Counted from the stretch's first letter, positions 30,314 to 40,626 are shown. The stretch is 64,000 bases of DNA from an uncultured Pelagibacteraceae bacterium (GCA_902600245.1 CACKIQ010000001.1:835-64834); one strand, 5' to 3'. Numbers and translations are program-made. The notes: generated by a model from the letters alone, not told the origin.

Positions 30314-30634
30314 TTACTTTGGCATAGGTGTAGCACCAGTTTCTAAACTAATAATTTTTCCATTATCATATTTATAAACTGCCATTACAGCCTCTACATT
30401 TCCATCATCAAAAGTAACAAATGAATGATGAACACCAACTTCGTCATTTTCATAAACAACTCTTACTTTATCTTGATTTATGTCGCCGCTCATTGCCCAT
30501 TTGATAACATCACCTTTGCTTAAAACATTTCCTGACTTATGCATTGTGAATTTGAAATCATCATGCAAAAGATCATTCATCACTGCTTCATCTTTATTTT
30601 TTATTGCAGCACTATATTTTTCTAATATAGACAT
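30314..30634 (-). CDS. Small NTF2/SnoaL-like protein
   Basis: LLHDDF, VYENDEVGV, GKIISLETGATP. Confidence 0.7.
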   Translation of the reverse strand: MSILEKYSAAIKNKDEAVMNDLLHDDFKFTMHKSGNVLSKGDVIKWAMSGDINQDKVRVVYENDEVGVHHSFVTFDDGNVEAVMAVYKYDNGKIISLETGATPMPK

Positions 30635-30649
30635 ATTATTCCTTTCTAT

Positions 30650-30973
30650 TTATTCACCTGGTTTTTTATAACTTTTTGAAACATCAGCTGCCTTTTTAAA
30701 TGCACTGTTGTAATCAAATACTTCATGAACCATCAGATCTGACATCATTCCACTATTTAAAACAGTTACTTTCATAGCAAGAACACTTTCGTAATCTCCT
30801 TCAACGCAGAAAAGAACATCAAAACGTCCTCTTAACCACTCGTAACTTATAGCTTTTACGCCCAAGCTATCACACATGGATTTCATTACTGCACCTCTAT
30901 CTGCAGTAGGGTCAGCATGCATTTTTTTTAATAACTCAGGACTTGCCTTTCCAATTACATAAAATTTAGACAT
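30650..30973 (-). CDS. GYD-domain-like protein
   Basis: DR...SLG...GRFD pattern of the GYD family; 107 aa. Confidence 0.65.
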   Translation of the reverse strand: MSKFYVIGKASPELLKKMHADPTADRGAVMKSMCDSLGVKAISYEWLRGRFDVLFCVEGDYESVLAMKVTVLNSGMMSDLMVHEVFDYNSAFKKAADVSKSYKKPGE

Positions 30974-31323
30974 TATTCACCCCACATTCCATGAAATTCA
31001 TATACTACTGCTGGTTTATCTCCAACAACCCATCCATCATGACCTGGTTGTATTGAATATGCATCACCAGCTTTATAAGTTAGTTCAGTTCCATCATTAT
31101 GTTTTGCACAAACAGCACCCGAGATAATTATACCAAGATGTGTAGCTTGACAGCTTTCGCCACCAACTGTTGGCTTTATATCTTTTGACCATTGCCAACC
31201 TGGTTGCAAAGTAAGTTTCATCAATCTTTGATTTCCAACTTTGACCGCTTCGATTTTAGCATTATTAAAATTATCATTTACCTCATCTGCTTTATCAAAA
31301 CTTTTTACTTCTATCCCAGCCAT
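30973..31323 (-). CDS. Cupin domain protein
   Basis: LQPGWQWS, SCQATHLG, PGHDGWVVG; AGGAGG RBS. Confidence 0.85.
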   Translation of the reverse strand: MAGIEVKSFDKADEVNDNFNNAKIEAVKVGNQRLMKLTLQPGWQWSKDIKPTVGGESCQATHLGIIISGAVCAKHNDGTELTYKAGDAYSIQPGHDGWVVGDKPAVVYEFHGMWGE

Positions 31324-31399
31324 TTTTCCTCCTTGTTACCAATTATTTAGTTATATAGTCTAGCAGAGATTAGTCAGTATGTGTAGACTCAGTCTTCTA

Positions 31400-31681
31400 T
31401 TATACTTTAGCTAATTCGTAAATTTCATAACCATTCATCACTTCATCAAATACAGGTTTTGAAACTGGATTTGATCCATCCAAAAATGAATGAAGTGCTG
31501 CCATGTCATGAACTGCAATTTTAAACATTATTGTTGATTTATCAGGTGAGACACTAGCTATGGTTTTTGAAACATCTGCAACTTTTTTTCTTTCAGCCAT
31601 ACCCTCATCTGATTGCATAAAGCCCATAAACTTTTCAAAGGCTCCTTCTTTTAGTTTTCCTACTACCAATATATCTTTCAT
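31400..31681 (-). CDS. Small hypothetical protein (probable dimeric alpha/beta barrel)
   Basis: 93 aa ORF with AGAGG RBS; ferredoxin-like beta-alpha-beta pattern. Confidence 0.7.
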   Translation of the reverse strand: MKDILVVGKLKEGAFEKFMGFMQSDEGMAERKKVADVSKTIASVSPDKSTIMFKIAVHDMAALHSFLDGSNPVSKPVFDEVMNGYEIYELAKV

Positions 31682-31698
31682 TTTAACCTCCTATTTTA

Positions 31699-31989
31699 TT
31701 ATCCTGAAAAATTTTCCATAAAGTCTCCATCCATGGGAGTGATTTTTGCAGAATCTAAATCAACTCCAGCTGCAGCTCTTGCTGCGTGAAGCTCTTTATC
31801 ATTTTTAAATGCCTCAAACCCCTCCATAGTTGCATATTTTACAATTACTGTAAATTTTGAAGCATCTTCTTTTGATACACCAGCAAAAATAATGGTTGCA
31901 CCAAATCCTTTAATTTTTTCAGCATTAGCTTTAACCATATCCCTCCATGCTGAAAACGATTTTATATTTTCCTCTATTTTTATAATCAT
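31699..31989 (-). CDS. Small hypothetical protein (DUF3764-like)
   Basis: 96 aa; SFSAW...FAGVSKED...RAAAG pattern. Confidence 0.6.
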   Translation of the reverse strand: MIIKIEENIKSFSAWRDMVKANAEKIKGFGATIIFAGVSKEDASKFTVIVKYATMEGFEAFKNDKELHAARAAAGVDLDSAKITPMDGDFMENFSG

Positions 31990-31992
31990 ATT

Positions 31993-32379
31993 TTATCCTC
32001 CATAAATTGTTTTCGAAGTCTCTTCTACTTTTTCTTTACCATTTGGTATTAATTTGAAAATAAACGCATAGCAATTATCCATTAAAGTTTTTTGATAAGG
32101 TTTACCAAACATTTCATCAACAGTAGAATTTATACTTGAATTTATTTTATCCTCTAAAACACCCTCATTTGTAAGAAATTCTCTAGTAACCTTTGCTGCA
32201 GCCAAACTATTTTCTTTGTAAGCCAAATCTCCATTTGGAAGCTCACCTTGTTTAATAAATTGAGTAGATGTAAAAATTCCTGCACATTTTAAGGAATCGG
32301 ATATTTCTTTATCACTCATATCTGCATGTGAAGCTGCTGTTAGCAAAATCAATAAAAACGTAAAAATTATTTTTTTCAT
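31993..32379 (-). CDS. Secreted hypothetical protein
   Basis: Sec signal peptide (ASHA|D); two Cys. Confidence 0.7.
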   Translation of the reverse strand: MKKIIFTFLLILLTAASHADMSDKEISDSLKCAGIFTSTQFIKQGELPNGDLAYKENSLAAAKVTREFLTNEGVLEDKINSSINSTVDEMFGKPYQKTLMDNCYAFIFKLIPNGKEKVEETSKTIYGG

Positions 32380-32390
32380 TTTTTCTCTTT

Positions 32391-32789
32391 CTATTTTACC
32401 GGTGTCATAATTTTTTGACCTTCAACTCCTATTGCAACAACAATTGCTTTAACCGGTACATTTCCAATATTTTTTGATTCATGAACTACACCTACATCTT
32501 CTACAAATGCATCTCCAGCTTTATAGTTATAGCTTTTACCACCTTGGGTAAGTTCAATCTCTCCTTGTTGGATCATTATTAACACTGGAAAGGAGTGAGT
32601 ATGAGCAACAACTGGACTTCCAACAGGTACAGTAAATTCAAAAGCTGTTATCATCGCTTTACCTGAGGGGTAAACTATTTCCTTACCCATACCAGTCTCA
32701 CTGGTAGATATAATTCTCTTCACATGTCCATCTGCTAAAGAATAATTTGAAATCGTTAAAAACATCATAACAAACAAAATTTTTCTCAT
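32391..32789 (-). CDS. Secreted cupin domain protein
   Basis: Signal peptide; HTH...GEIEL, GDAFVE...H...N; AGGAG RBS. Confidence 0.85.
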   Translation of the reverse strand: MRKILFVMMFLTISNYSLADGHVKRIISTSETGMGKEIVYPSGKAMITAFEFTVPVGSPVVAHTHSFPVLIMIQQGEIELTQGGKSYNYKAGDAFVEDVGVVHESKNIGNVPVKAIVVAIGVEGQKIMTPVK

Positions 32790-32945
32790 TATTACTCCTG
32801 TTAATTAATTCACTTATCTAACAGTCTTTCATAATTATTTAGAAGTCTCTCGTGTTTATAGCGCGCGACAGTTATGCAATTTCAGAAGGTAAAAAATCTT
32901 GATTATGCTGTTTTATTTAACTTAAATATTTGATAATAAATAATT

Positions 32946-33362
32946 ATGATCGAAAAATTTAATGGAATTGTTTATCTTATAATCTTTATTGTTCATTTCC
33001 TTGTTTATGCTGTTTATGCTTTTAGAGCTATAGTTGGAACAAAAAGTTTTATGGATCAATATAACATCGATCACTCGGCAGCTGTGATTACAAGATTTTT
33101 TGGAGCACCTTTTGTTGGGTCTTTCTTAATGGCTCTTTATATCATGTTTGTAAGAGATGGTGGAGTAAATGGAACTTGGGCATTCTTTAATTTAGTATTT
33201 GTTCAAAATTTAATGTACTTAATATTTGGTATTTATACCATTTATATAAATAAACTTGGACACACTGAAAAAACTAACAGTGAAGGTGTGATAGCTGCTG
33301 GAGTACTTACAATTTTAAGTGCTATTCTTACTTACGGATTAGCTGATAAAATTTATATTTAA
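32946..33362 (+). CDS. Hypothetical 4-TM membrane protein
   Basis: 138 aa hydrophobic ORF. Confidence 0.75.
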   Translation: MIEKFNGIVYLIIFIVHFLVYAVYAFRAIVGTKSFMDQYNIDHSAAVITRFFGAPFVGSFLMALYIMFVRDGGVNGTWAFFNLVFVQNLMYLIFGIYTIYINKLGHTEKTNSEGVIAAGVLTILSAILTYGLADKIYI

Positions 33363-34360
33363 AACCAATTAGGTATCGGCAAACCTTTTTCTTCTAAAAA
33401 TTTTTTATTAAACATTTTAGTTGCGTATTTGTCACTTCTATCACAAAGAATAGTTACAATAGTTTTTCCTGGCCCTAATTCTTTTCCCATTCTAATAGCT
33501 CCCGCAATATTGATACCACAACTAGTTCCTAGGCTAAGACCCTCATTTTGAATTAAGTCATAAAGTATAGGCAATGCCTCATGATCATCTATTGAATAGG
33601 CGTCATCTATTTTGGCCTCACCAAAGTTAGCTGTTACTCTACTTGAGCCAATTCCTTCAGTAATTGAACCACCCTCCGATTTAAGTTCACCATTTTTAAT
33701 ATAATTATAAAGAGCAGAACCTTTTGGATCTGATAAATAGATTTTTATATCTTTGTTCTTTTCTTTAAGAGCATTGCTAACACCTGAAATTGTGCCTCCA
33801 GTACCTGAAGAACAAACAAAACCATCAACTTTACCATCGGTTTGTACCCAGATTTCTTGACCTGTGCCTTCATAATGTCCTTTAGCATTTGCAGTATTAT
33901 CAAACTGGTTAGCCCAAATAACCCCGTTATTATTTGTAGGTCTTAGTTCATCTGCAAGTCTCGCTGCTACTTTTACAAAGTTGTTATCATCTTTATAAGG
34001 CTTAGGTGGAACTAATCTTAATTCAGCTCCAAGGTTTCTAAGTAAATCTTTTTTTTCTTGTGTTTGATTGTCATTCATTACAATTATTGTTTTGTAACCA
34101 AGAGAATTTCCTAAAAGACCCAAACCTATTCCTGTATTACCAGCTGTTCCCTCAACAACAGTCCCGCCTTTAGAAATTAATTTTTTTTCTTGAGCATCTT
34201 TAATTAATGCAAGTGCAGCTCTATCTTTTACAGATCCTCCAGGATTTAAAAATTCTGCTTTTCCATAAATGTTACACCCAGTAATTTCAGAGGCTGCTCT
34301 GAGTTTTATTAATGGAGTATTTCCTATTCCAGAAATAAAATCGTTTTGGGTATTATTCAT
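33359..34360 (-). CDS. cysK: Cysteine synthase (O-acetylserine sulfhydrylase)
   Basis: [31 protein letters not shown]; likely start ATG 34360. Confidence 0.92.
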   Translation of the reverse strand: MNNTQNDFISGIGNTPLIKLRAASEITGCNIYGKAEFLNPGGSVKDRAALALIKDAQEKKLISKGGTVVEGTAGNTGIGLGLLGNSLGYKTIIVMNDNQTQEKKDLLRNLGAELRLVPPKPYKDDNNFVKVAARLADELRPTNNNGVIWANQFDNTANAKGHYEGTGQEIWVQTDGKVDGFVCSSGTGGTISGVSNALKEKNKDIKIYLSDPKGSALYNYIKNGELKSEGGSITEGIGSSRVTANFGEAKIDDAYSIDDHEALPILYDLIQNEGLSLGTSCGINIAGAIRMGKELGPGKTIVTILCDRSDKYATKMFNKKFLEEKGLPIPNWF

Positions 34361-34937
34361 TATCTGATTTTCTATCACTATCAGACGTAATTCCATAAGG
34401 TTTAAATTCACTATCTGCTACTCCAACACTTCTTGCAGGAATTCCAACCATAACAGCATTTTCTGAAACATCTTTTGTAATGACTGCATTTGCTCCAATT
34501 CTAGCACCTTTGCCAACTACCACAGGACCTAATACTTGTGCTCCTGAGCCAATAACCACATCTTCTTTTATAGTAGGATGTCTTTTCATATTTCGTTGGT
34601 CATTTGAATTAATACTTGGAGCAATTCCACCTAACGTAACCATGTGATAAATAGTTACATTATCTCCAATGTCTGAAGTTTCACCAATCACAACACCCAT
34701 TCCATGATCTATAAATAAATTTTTTCCAATTTTTGCATTAGGATGAATTTCTATTCCAGTTAAGAATCTAGAAAATTGAGAAATGATTCTTGCTATCAAA
34801 TGAAATTTTGCAGTACTAAAAAAATTTGCAATTCGATGAAAAAAAACTGCTTTAACACCAGGGTAAGTTAATATTAAACTTAACTTAGACCTTGCAGCAG
34901 GATCTCTATCAATTATGGATTGTAAAAAATCGCTCAT
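34353..34937 (-). CDS. cysE: Serine O-acetyltransferase
   Basis: [31 protein letters not shown]. Confidence 0.95.
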   Translation of the reverse strand: MSDFLQSIIDRDPAARSKLSLILTYPGVKAVFFHRIANFFSTAKFHLIARIISQFSRFLTGIEIHPNAKIGKNLFIDHGMGVVIGETSDIGDNVTIYHMVTLGGIAPSINSNDQRNMKRHPTIKEDVVIGSGAQVLGPVVVGKGARIGANAVITKDVSENAVMVGIPARSVGVADSEFKPYGITSDSDRKSDNE

Positions 34938-35017
34938 ATTTCTTTAGTTTAGTTGCTGTTGATTAAAAAATAATATGCCTTATATAGTACTTAATTGCTT
35001 AATTTAAAGAGGTTTAA

Positions 35018-35428
35018 ATGTATAAAAACACCAATTGTTTTCATCTAGCCATCCCTTGTGGAGACTTAGAGATTGCAAAAAAGTTTTACAGTGAAACTTT
35101 GGGATGTAGATTAGACAACTCAGCACAAGAGTGGGCAGATGTAGATTTTTGGGGCAATGAACTAACCTTACATAAAAGTGAACATAAATTAGATAATGAG
35201 AGACACGATGTAGACATGGGAAATGTTTCAGTTCCTCATTTTGGTGTTCATTTATCAAGAAAAGACTTTGATGCTCTAAAACAAAGATTAAAGGATAGTG
35301 GAACCAAGTATTACGACGAACCTTATTTGAGATTTAAAGGAACAAAATACGAGCAAGAAACTTTCTTTGTTAAAGACCCAAACGAAAATATACTAGAAAT
35401 CAAAACTTTAACAGCAAATCCAGAGTAG
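35018..35428 (+). CDS. VOC/glyoxalase family protein
   Basis: FHLAIP, VPHFGV, EQETFFVKDP.ENILE. Confidence 0.88.
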   Translation: MYKNTNCFHLAIPCGDLEIAKKFYSETLGCRLDNSAQEWADVDFWGNELTLHKSEHKLDNERHDVDMGNVSVPHFGVHLSRKDFDALKQRLKDSGTKYYDEPYLRFKGTKYEQETFFVKDPNENILEIKTLTANPE

Positions 35429-35440
35429 TCCAAAACCTTA

Positions 35441-36046
35441 ATGGAATACCTTGTATTAGGCTTCTTCACAGGGATGAGCTTAATTTTAGCTATAGGTGCC
35501 CAGAATATATTTGTAATAGAACAAGGTTTAAAAAAACAACACGTTTTTATTGTTTGTTTAATATGCTCTTTATCAGATCTAATATTAATTTTTTTAGGTA
35601 TTTTCCTTTTTCATTATTTTAATCAATATTTTAATTCTTTAATTGAACTAATTTTAAATTTATTTTTAATTTTATTTTTAATTCACTTTATTTATAAAAA
35701 AATAAAATCTCATTATTCAGATTTTAATTTTAGCATTGAACTAAATAATATTTCAAAATTAAATATCATATTTAAAACTTTAGGATTTACCTATTTAAAT
35801 CCACACGTTTATTCTGATACAGTTTTTTTTCTTGGAAATTTTTCAAAAAATTATTTACTAAATCAAAAAATTTTATTTGGAGTAGGTGCGTCTATAGCAT
35901 CATTTTTATTTTTTTTTATATTAGGGTATTTATCTAATTATTTATCAAAGTATGCTAAAAGTAAAAAAATTTGGAAAGTAATTAATATATTTATTATAGG
36001 TTTTATGACTGTCTTAATTTTTTTTATTATTAAGGAAATGTTGTGA
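35441..36046 (+). CDS. LysE/ArgO-family amino acid exporter
   Basis: LILAIGAQN and LNPHVYSDT. Confidence 0.88.
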   Translation: MEYLVLGFFTGMSLILAIGAQNIFVIEQGLKKQHVFIVCLICSLSDLILIFLGIFLFHYFNQYFNSLIELILNLFLILFLIHFIYKKIKSHYSDFNFSIELNNISKLNIIFKTLGFTYLNPHVYSDTVFFLGNFSKNYLLNQKILFGVGASIASFLFFFILGYLSNYLSKYAKSKKIWKVINIFIIGFMTVLIFFIIKEML

Positions 36047-36798
36047 GTAATATTTATGTAGAGGACGTAGGTAAAGGGTTTCCATTTGTTTTTGTTCATG
36101 GTTATTTAGGCTCATCTAAAATGTGGAACTTTCAAAAAGAATTTTTTTCAAAACATTATCGTGTAATTATTCCAGCTCTTCCAGGGTTTGGTGAAAGTCA
36201 TAATGTTAAATCTTTAGACTCTATAAATAAAATGGCCAGAGAAATAATAGATTTATTAGATCAAAAAAATATTGATAATTTTAATTTAATTGGACATTCA
36301 ATGGGAGGAATGATTGTTCAAGAAATTACAAAACTAATTGGTGATAGAGTAAATAAATTAATTTGTTTTGCTACCGGATCAATTGGAGAAATACCCGGTA
36401 GATTTGAAACAATAGATGAAACAAGAGAAAAATTAAAAAAAGATGGAACTGAAGTTTCATTTTCTAGAGTTTCAAAAAAATGGTTTGTTAAAGGTGATAA
36501 AGATAAAAATTTTTTTTTATGTAAAAATGCAGTTAAAGATGTTTCTTTAGAGGCCGCTGATAATGCTTTATTGGCAATGAAAAATTGGAGAGGTAAAGAA
36601 GATTTAAAAAATATAAAGAATGAAACTTTGATTATCTGGGGTGATAAAGATACTTCCTACAATTTTGATCAGGTTGATACATTAAAAAAAAATATTAAGA
36701 ATAGTCGTTTAGAAATTTTTAAAAATTGTGCTCATAATGTTCATTTAGAACAGCCTGATGAATTTAATAATTTAGTACAAAAATTTATCTCAGTATAA
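36043..36798 (+). CDS. Alpha/beta hydrolase
   Basis: HGYLG, GHSMGG, WGDKD, AHNVHLE. Confidence 0.9.
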   Translation: MSNIYVEDVGKGFPFVFVHGYLGSSKMWNFQKEFFSKHYRVIIPALPGFGESHNVKSLDSINKMAREIIDLLDQKNIDNFNLIGHSMGGMIVQEITKLIGDRVNKLICFATGSIGEIPGRFETIDETREKLKKDGTEVSFSRVSKKWFVKGDKDKNFFLCKNAVKDVSLEAADNALLAMKNWRGKEDLKNIKNETLIIWGDKDTSYNFDQVDTLKKNIKNSRLEIFKNCAHNVHLEQPDEFNNLVQKFISV

Positions 36799-37447
36799 TA
36801 TTTTTATTAAGTCTATAAACTTTTTTTAAAGCCCCACTAAATTTTCTTGAAGAATGAAATTTCCCAGGAAAAATTATACATTTTATTTTAGCTCGCTTAG
36901 CTGAATTTAGACTTTCTTGTGTGTCTTCAATAGCCAAACAATCTTTAGCTTTAATCTTAAGTTTTTTTAGTGCTAGCAAATATATTGCAGGATTTGGTTT
37001 TAATTTTTTAACTAATTTTGAATTACCTACAAAACTAAAATCTTTTTTATTAATTGAATTCCTCAATGAATATAAGATTGCATTTATATTGTTTGTAGAT
37101 GTTGATGAGACAAAAGCTAATTTTATTTTTTCTTTTTTACAAAATAAAATTAAATTTTTAACACCTGGTCTTAATTTAAGCTGGTTTTTTTTAAGGTAAT
37201 TATTGAATATTTTAGTTTTTAAATTTCTTAAATATGTAGAGTTTACAATTTCTTTATTCTTCTTTGCGTATCTAGATATTCTATCTTTTCCCCCAGATTT
37301 ATTTAGTAAACTTAAATATTCTTGCTTAGTCCAATTCCAATCAAGCCCATATTGCTCGAATGCTTTGTTAAATGACTTTCTTTGAATCTCTGAAGTTTCG
37401 ACAATTGATCCAATAGAACCAAAAAGTAAAGCTTTGTAATATTTCAA
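36785..37447 (-). CDS. HAD-IA family hydrolase, CbbY-like
   Basis: ETSEIQR..FN.AF, GGKDRI, KPNPAIY, AIEDT; motif I reads FGSIG instead of FDxDG. Confidence 0.8.
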   Translation of the reverse strand: MKYYKALLFGSIGSIVETSEIQRKSFNKAFEQYGLDWNWTKQEYLSLLNKSGGKDRISRYAKKNKEIVNSTYLRNLKTKIFNNYLKKNQLKLRPGVKNLILFCKKEKIKLAFVSSTSTNNINAILYSLRNSINKKDFSFVGNSKLVKKLKPNPAIYLLALKKLKIKAKDCLAIEDTQESLNSAKRAKIKCIIFPGKFHSSRKFSGALKKVYRLNKNIILR

Positions 37448-38325
37448 CCTTTTACAGCTCCAGCAGTTAAACCACTAATAACCTGTCTTTGAAAAAACAT
37501 CACCAACATAAATAGAGGAGCTGTTGCTGAAACTACTGCAGAAACTGCCCACATTAAATTTCCTTCATGTTGATTTGTTCCTAAATAACTTTGAATTTTT
37601 GGAACCATTGTATGATTTTCTTGGTTTAAAAGTAATGCGGTTACCGTAAAATCATTGTAAGCAAGCATTAAACTAAATAATCCTGCAGTAATTACTCCTG
37701 GCCACATCACTGGCATTATAATATGTCTAAAAGCTTGAAAGTATGAACATCCATCTATTAAGGCACTTTCATCAAGTTCTTTAGGGACTGTTTTAAAAAA
37801 TGAATATAGTAACCATAAAGTAAATGGTTGATTAATTGCTACTAATACAACTATAGTTGTGGGGAGAATTCCCCATATTTGTAATTGAAAAAATGGAAAT
37901 AAATATCCTGATACTAGAGTGATGTGAGGCATTGCTCTAAAAATTAATGCTGCAATTAATATCCAAAACGCATATCTTTCAGTTGATCTTGAAAGTGCGT
38001 AAGCACCAAGTGTTCCTAAAAATAATGAGATGCTTACAACAAATACAGTTACAATTATTGTATTTTTGGATGCTTTCCAAAACTCTCCTTCAGTCCAAGC
38101 TTGGGTATATGCATCTGTTGTAAATTTTCCACCGGTTTCAATTAAAGTATTGAATGCAGAAATAGCATACCACCAATCTGATCTTGAAAAAAAATCAGCT
38201 CTAACTTTAAATGATCCCCAAAAAGTCCAAATGAAAGGAAAGCAAGCAATTAAAAGCCAAACAATAATAAAAATTGTATTAAAAGTTTTTAAACTTGTTG
38301 ATTTTTTATCTAAACCATAATCCAT
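37444..38325 (-). CDS. Carbohydrate ABC transporter permease (MalG-like)
   Basis: PKELDESALIDG and GLTAGAVKG. Confidence 0.92.
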   Translation of the reverse strand: MDYGLDKKSTSLKTFNTIFIIVWLLIACFPFIWTFWGSFKVRADFFSRSDWWYAISAFNTLIETGGKFTTDAYTQAWTEGEFWKASKNTIIVTVFVVSISLFLGTLGAYALSRSTERYAFWILIAALIFRAMPHITLVSGYLFPFFQLQIWGILPTTIVVLVAINQPFTLWLLYSFFKTVPKELDESALIDGCSYFQAFRHIIMPVMWPGVITAGLFSLMLAYNDFTVTALLLNQENHTMVPKIQSYLGTNQHEGNLMWAVSAVVSATAPLFMLVMFFQRQVISGLTAGAVKG

Positions 38326-38327
38326 AA

Positions 38328-39356
38328 TTATCTCGCTGTCTTAAATTCTTTCCACGTTCTTATTAAAACTGGCGCTAATAAAATTGCTATACCAACAATC
38401 GTCATCATAGAGGTTGCTGCAGCAGATCCAAATAATATTACTTCCTCATTTACTAAATTATCATAAATCAACCATGATAATGATTGTGCACTTCCCTCAG
38501 CGCTAAAGCCAATAATTGGTTCAAAAACTCTAAAGTTATCCATTAACGAAATCAAAGCTACAAAAGTAACTACAGGATAAATATGCGGCAACACTATATG
38601 TTTAATTCTTTGAAACCTAGACGCTCCATCAATAATTGCAGCTTCAACTGGTTCTTGAGGAACTGTTTGAAGTGCTGCATAAAATACAACAAATGCAAAA
38701 GGGGAGTGATGCCAAATTCCATATATAATAATAGTTATCCAGGTTAATGTTTTAGACGATTTAAGTGATAGATATGGATCATTCATTAAATTTTGTATAT
38801 TTGCTCCAATAATTCCTTGAGAATCTATCATCCAGAATAACACAAGAGACCCTACTAGAGGCGTTACTATCATCGGCAATATTGTACCAAAAATTAATGG
38901 CCCCCTGATTTTTCTTGCAACAGCATTTAAACTTAAAGCGATAATAAATCCTAACAAAAGAACATTTGGTGTAACAAATAAACAATAGGTTAGGGTAAAT
39001 ATTAATGCCTTGTAAAATGGTAGATTAGTTACTTGATCTACGAAAGCACCAAAGCTCTCAGTTTCATTCCAAAATTTTTTAATTTCATCAATAGCAAGAT
39101 GATTTCTATCTACATAGGTTCCAAATCCATTAAATTTACCTAGCGGCTTTGCTTCTCTTAATTTTGTAGTTTCTTCGTTATCTACAACTATTGAAACAGT
39201 ACAACCAAAAGGGTCACACTTTTTAACTTCCTTTACAACTTGATCATGTTGAGCATAAAAAGATTGAATCCCTGTTGATATAATTGGTAGCCCAATAAAC
39301 AGGATCATTGCTAAACCTGTTGGTAAAAAAAACCAAAAAAAAGTTTTATTAGGCAT
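38328..39356 (-). CDS. Carbohydrate ABC transporter permease (MalF-like)
   Basis: LQTVP...EAAIIDGA; likely start ATG 39356 because the upstream extension runs through a hairpin. Confidence 0.9.
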   Translation of the reverse strand: MPNKTFFWFFLPTGLAMILFIGLPIISTGIQSFYAQHDQVVKEVKKCDPFGCTVSIVVDNEETTKLREAKPLGKFNGFGTYVDRNHLAIDEIKKFWNETESFGAFVDQVTNLPFYKALIFTLTYCLFVTPNVLLLGFIIALSLNAVARKIRGPLIFGTILPMIVTPLVGSLVLFWMIDSQGIIGANIQNLMNDPYLSLKSSKTLTWITIIIYGIWHHSPFAFVVFYAALQTVPQEPVEAAIIDGASRFQRIKHIVLPHIYPVVTFVALISLMDNFRVFEPIIGFSAEGSAQSLSWLIYDNLVNEEVILFGSAAATSMMTIVGIAILLAPVLIRTWKEFKTAR

Positions 39357-39367
39357 TAAATTTTGAG

Positions 39368-39392
39368 TAAGTGGGGAATTCATCCCCACTTA
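39368..39392 (-). terminator. Stem-loop between substrate-binding protein and permease (attenuating or mRNA-stabilising)
   Basis: Perfect 9 bp stem TAAGTGGGG / CCCCACTTA; weak U tail. Confidence 0.6.
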
Positions 39393-39405
39393 AAAGTTTT
39401 AGATT

Positions 39406-40626
39406 TTATAGAAAGCCTTGTTCTTTAGCTTTACTAATGTAAGCAGCTTCAACATCTTTCAATGCTTGTTCCGCAGATTCTTTTCCTTGTAAAAATTCAA
39501 CAATTTCACTTCCTAATGCACCATGCATTAAACCCATTTGTGGTAACATTGGATAAGGTTTTGCTCCCATTTTTACAGCTTCAATTACACCAATAGATTT
39601 TGGTCCTGGTACAAATCCTTCTACTAACCAAACAGCTTGGTCAGCAGCGTCAGCAACCATTTTCTTATTTGATGCTGCATGCGCTAAAGCTCTAAATGTT
39701 GCCTCTGCATCTGCATCAGATCTATTTTTAGCAAGTGTAAAACCATCCCACCATAATGTAGCTGCTGGAATATTTCCACCACCCACTGTAGCTGGTCCAG
39801 TTAATTTTGTTGCTTTAGTGATATTAGGATCTCCTTCATCATCTAAAAGAGTACCTGATCTTGAAGCCCATAATGTCATTAATGCAACATTACCTGATTC
39901 CCATTCAACTTTAATAGCTTCACTATCGTGAGTTAAGTAATCAGGATTACTTAGTTCAGACAATTTTTTAAGCATATTTAAAGTAGCAACACCTTTTGCG
40001 TTATTAATGTTAGGTTGTGCGCCACCTGCTTTAAAGAATTCACCACCATGACCAATAAACATGTTCACGAACTCTTCTGCTAAATTCCAACCTGCTTTAT
40101 ATGCAGCAGCATAAGGATATTGCATTTTACCTGAAGCTCTAATTTTTTCAGATGCAGCAACTACTTCCTCGTATGTTTTTGGAACAGATATACCTAGATC
40201 TTTTAAAACATCTTCTCTGTAGTATAAGTGTTGCGTATTAGCCATAAAAGCTACAGCCATTACTTTTCCATCAATTGTAATTAATTGCGAGTCCTGAATT
40301 CCTTTTCCATATTTTTTAACAAGATCGTCTAATGGTCTTATTAAATCTTGGTTCATCAAAGGAACAATTGAACTGTTAGCAGCGATCCTAGCTGAAAACT
40401 CAGAAGGATTTGCAGTTAATGCTGGCACTGCGATTTTATTATGCTCAGATGAGTGAGTCACTTTAAAATCAGCACTTCCTTTACATTGTTTAGAAGTTTC
40501 AACGAAAGTTCTTAATGCAGGAAAATCATTAGCCAAAATATTTATTGAACCACTTTTAATGTTACAATCTGCAAAAGCAGAAGTTCCAAATAGTAGAAAC
40601 AATAAAGTAACTAGTATTTTTCTCAT
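39406..40626 (-). CDS. ABC transporter substrate-binding protein (carbohydrate-type, family 1)
   Basis: Signal peptide from MRKILV (ATG 40626); LIRPLDD, LYYREDVL, WWDG. Confidence 0.9.
   Translation of the reverse strand: MRKILVTLLFLLFGTSAFADCNIKSGSINILANDFPALRTFVETSKQCKGSADFKVTHSSEHNKIAVPALTANPSEFSARIAANSSIVPLMNQDLIRPLDDLVKKYGKGIQDSQLITIDGKVMAVAFMANTQHLYYREDVLKDLGISVPKTYEEVVAASEKIRASGKMQYPYAAAYKAGWNLAEEFVNMFIGHGGEFFKAGGAQPNINNAKGVATLNMLKKLSELSNPDYLTHDSEAIKVEWESGNVALMTLWASRSGTLLDDEGDPNITKATKLTGPATVGGGNIPAATLWWDGFTLAKNRSDADAEATFRALAHAASNKKMVADAADQAVWLVEGFVPGPKSIGVIEAVKMGAKPYPMLPQMGLMHGALGSEIVEFLQGKESAEQALKDVEAAYISKAKEQGFL

Noticed and set aside
29723-32789. Integron cassette array or prophage remnant
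   Set aside because: No integrase, no attC-like repeats between genes (gaps mostly under 20 bp) and no phage hallmark genes
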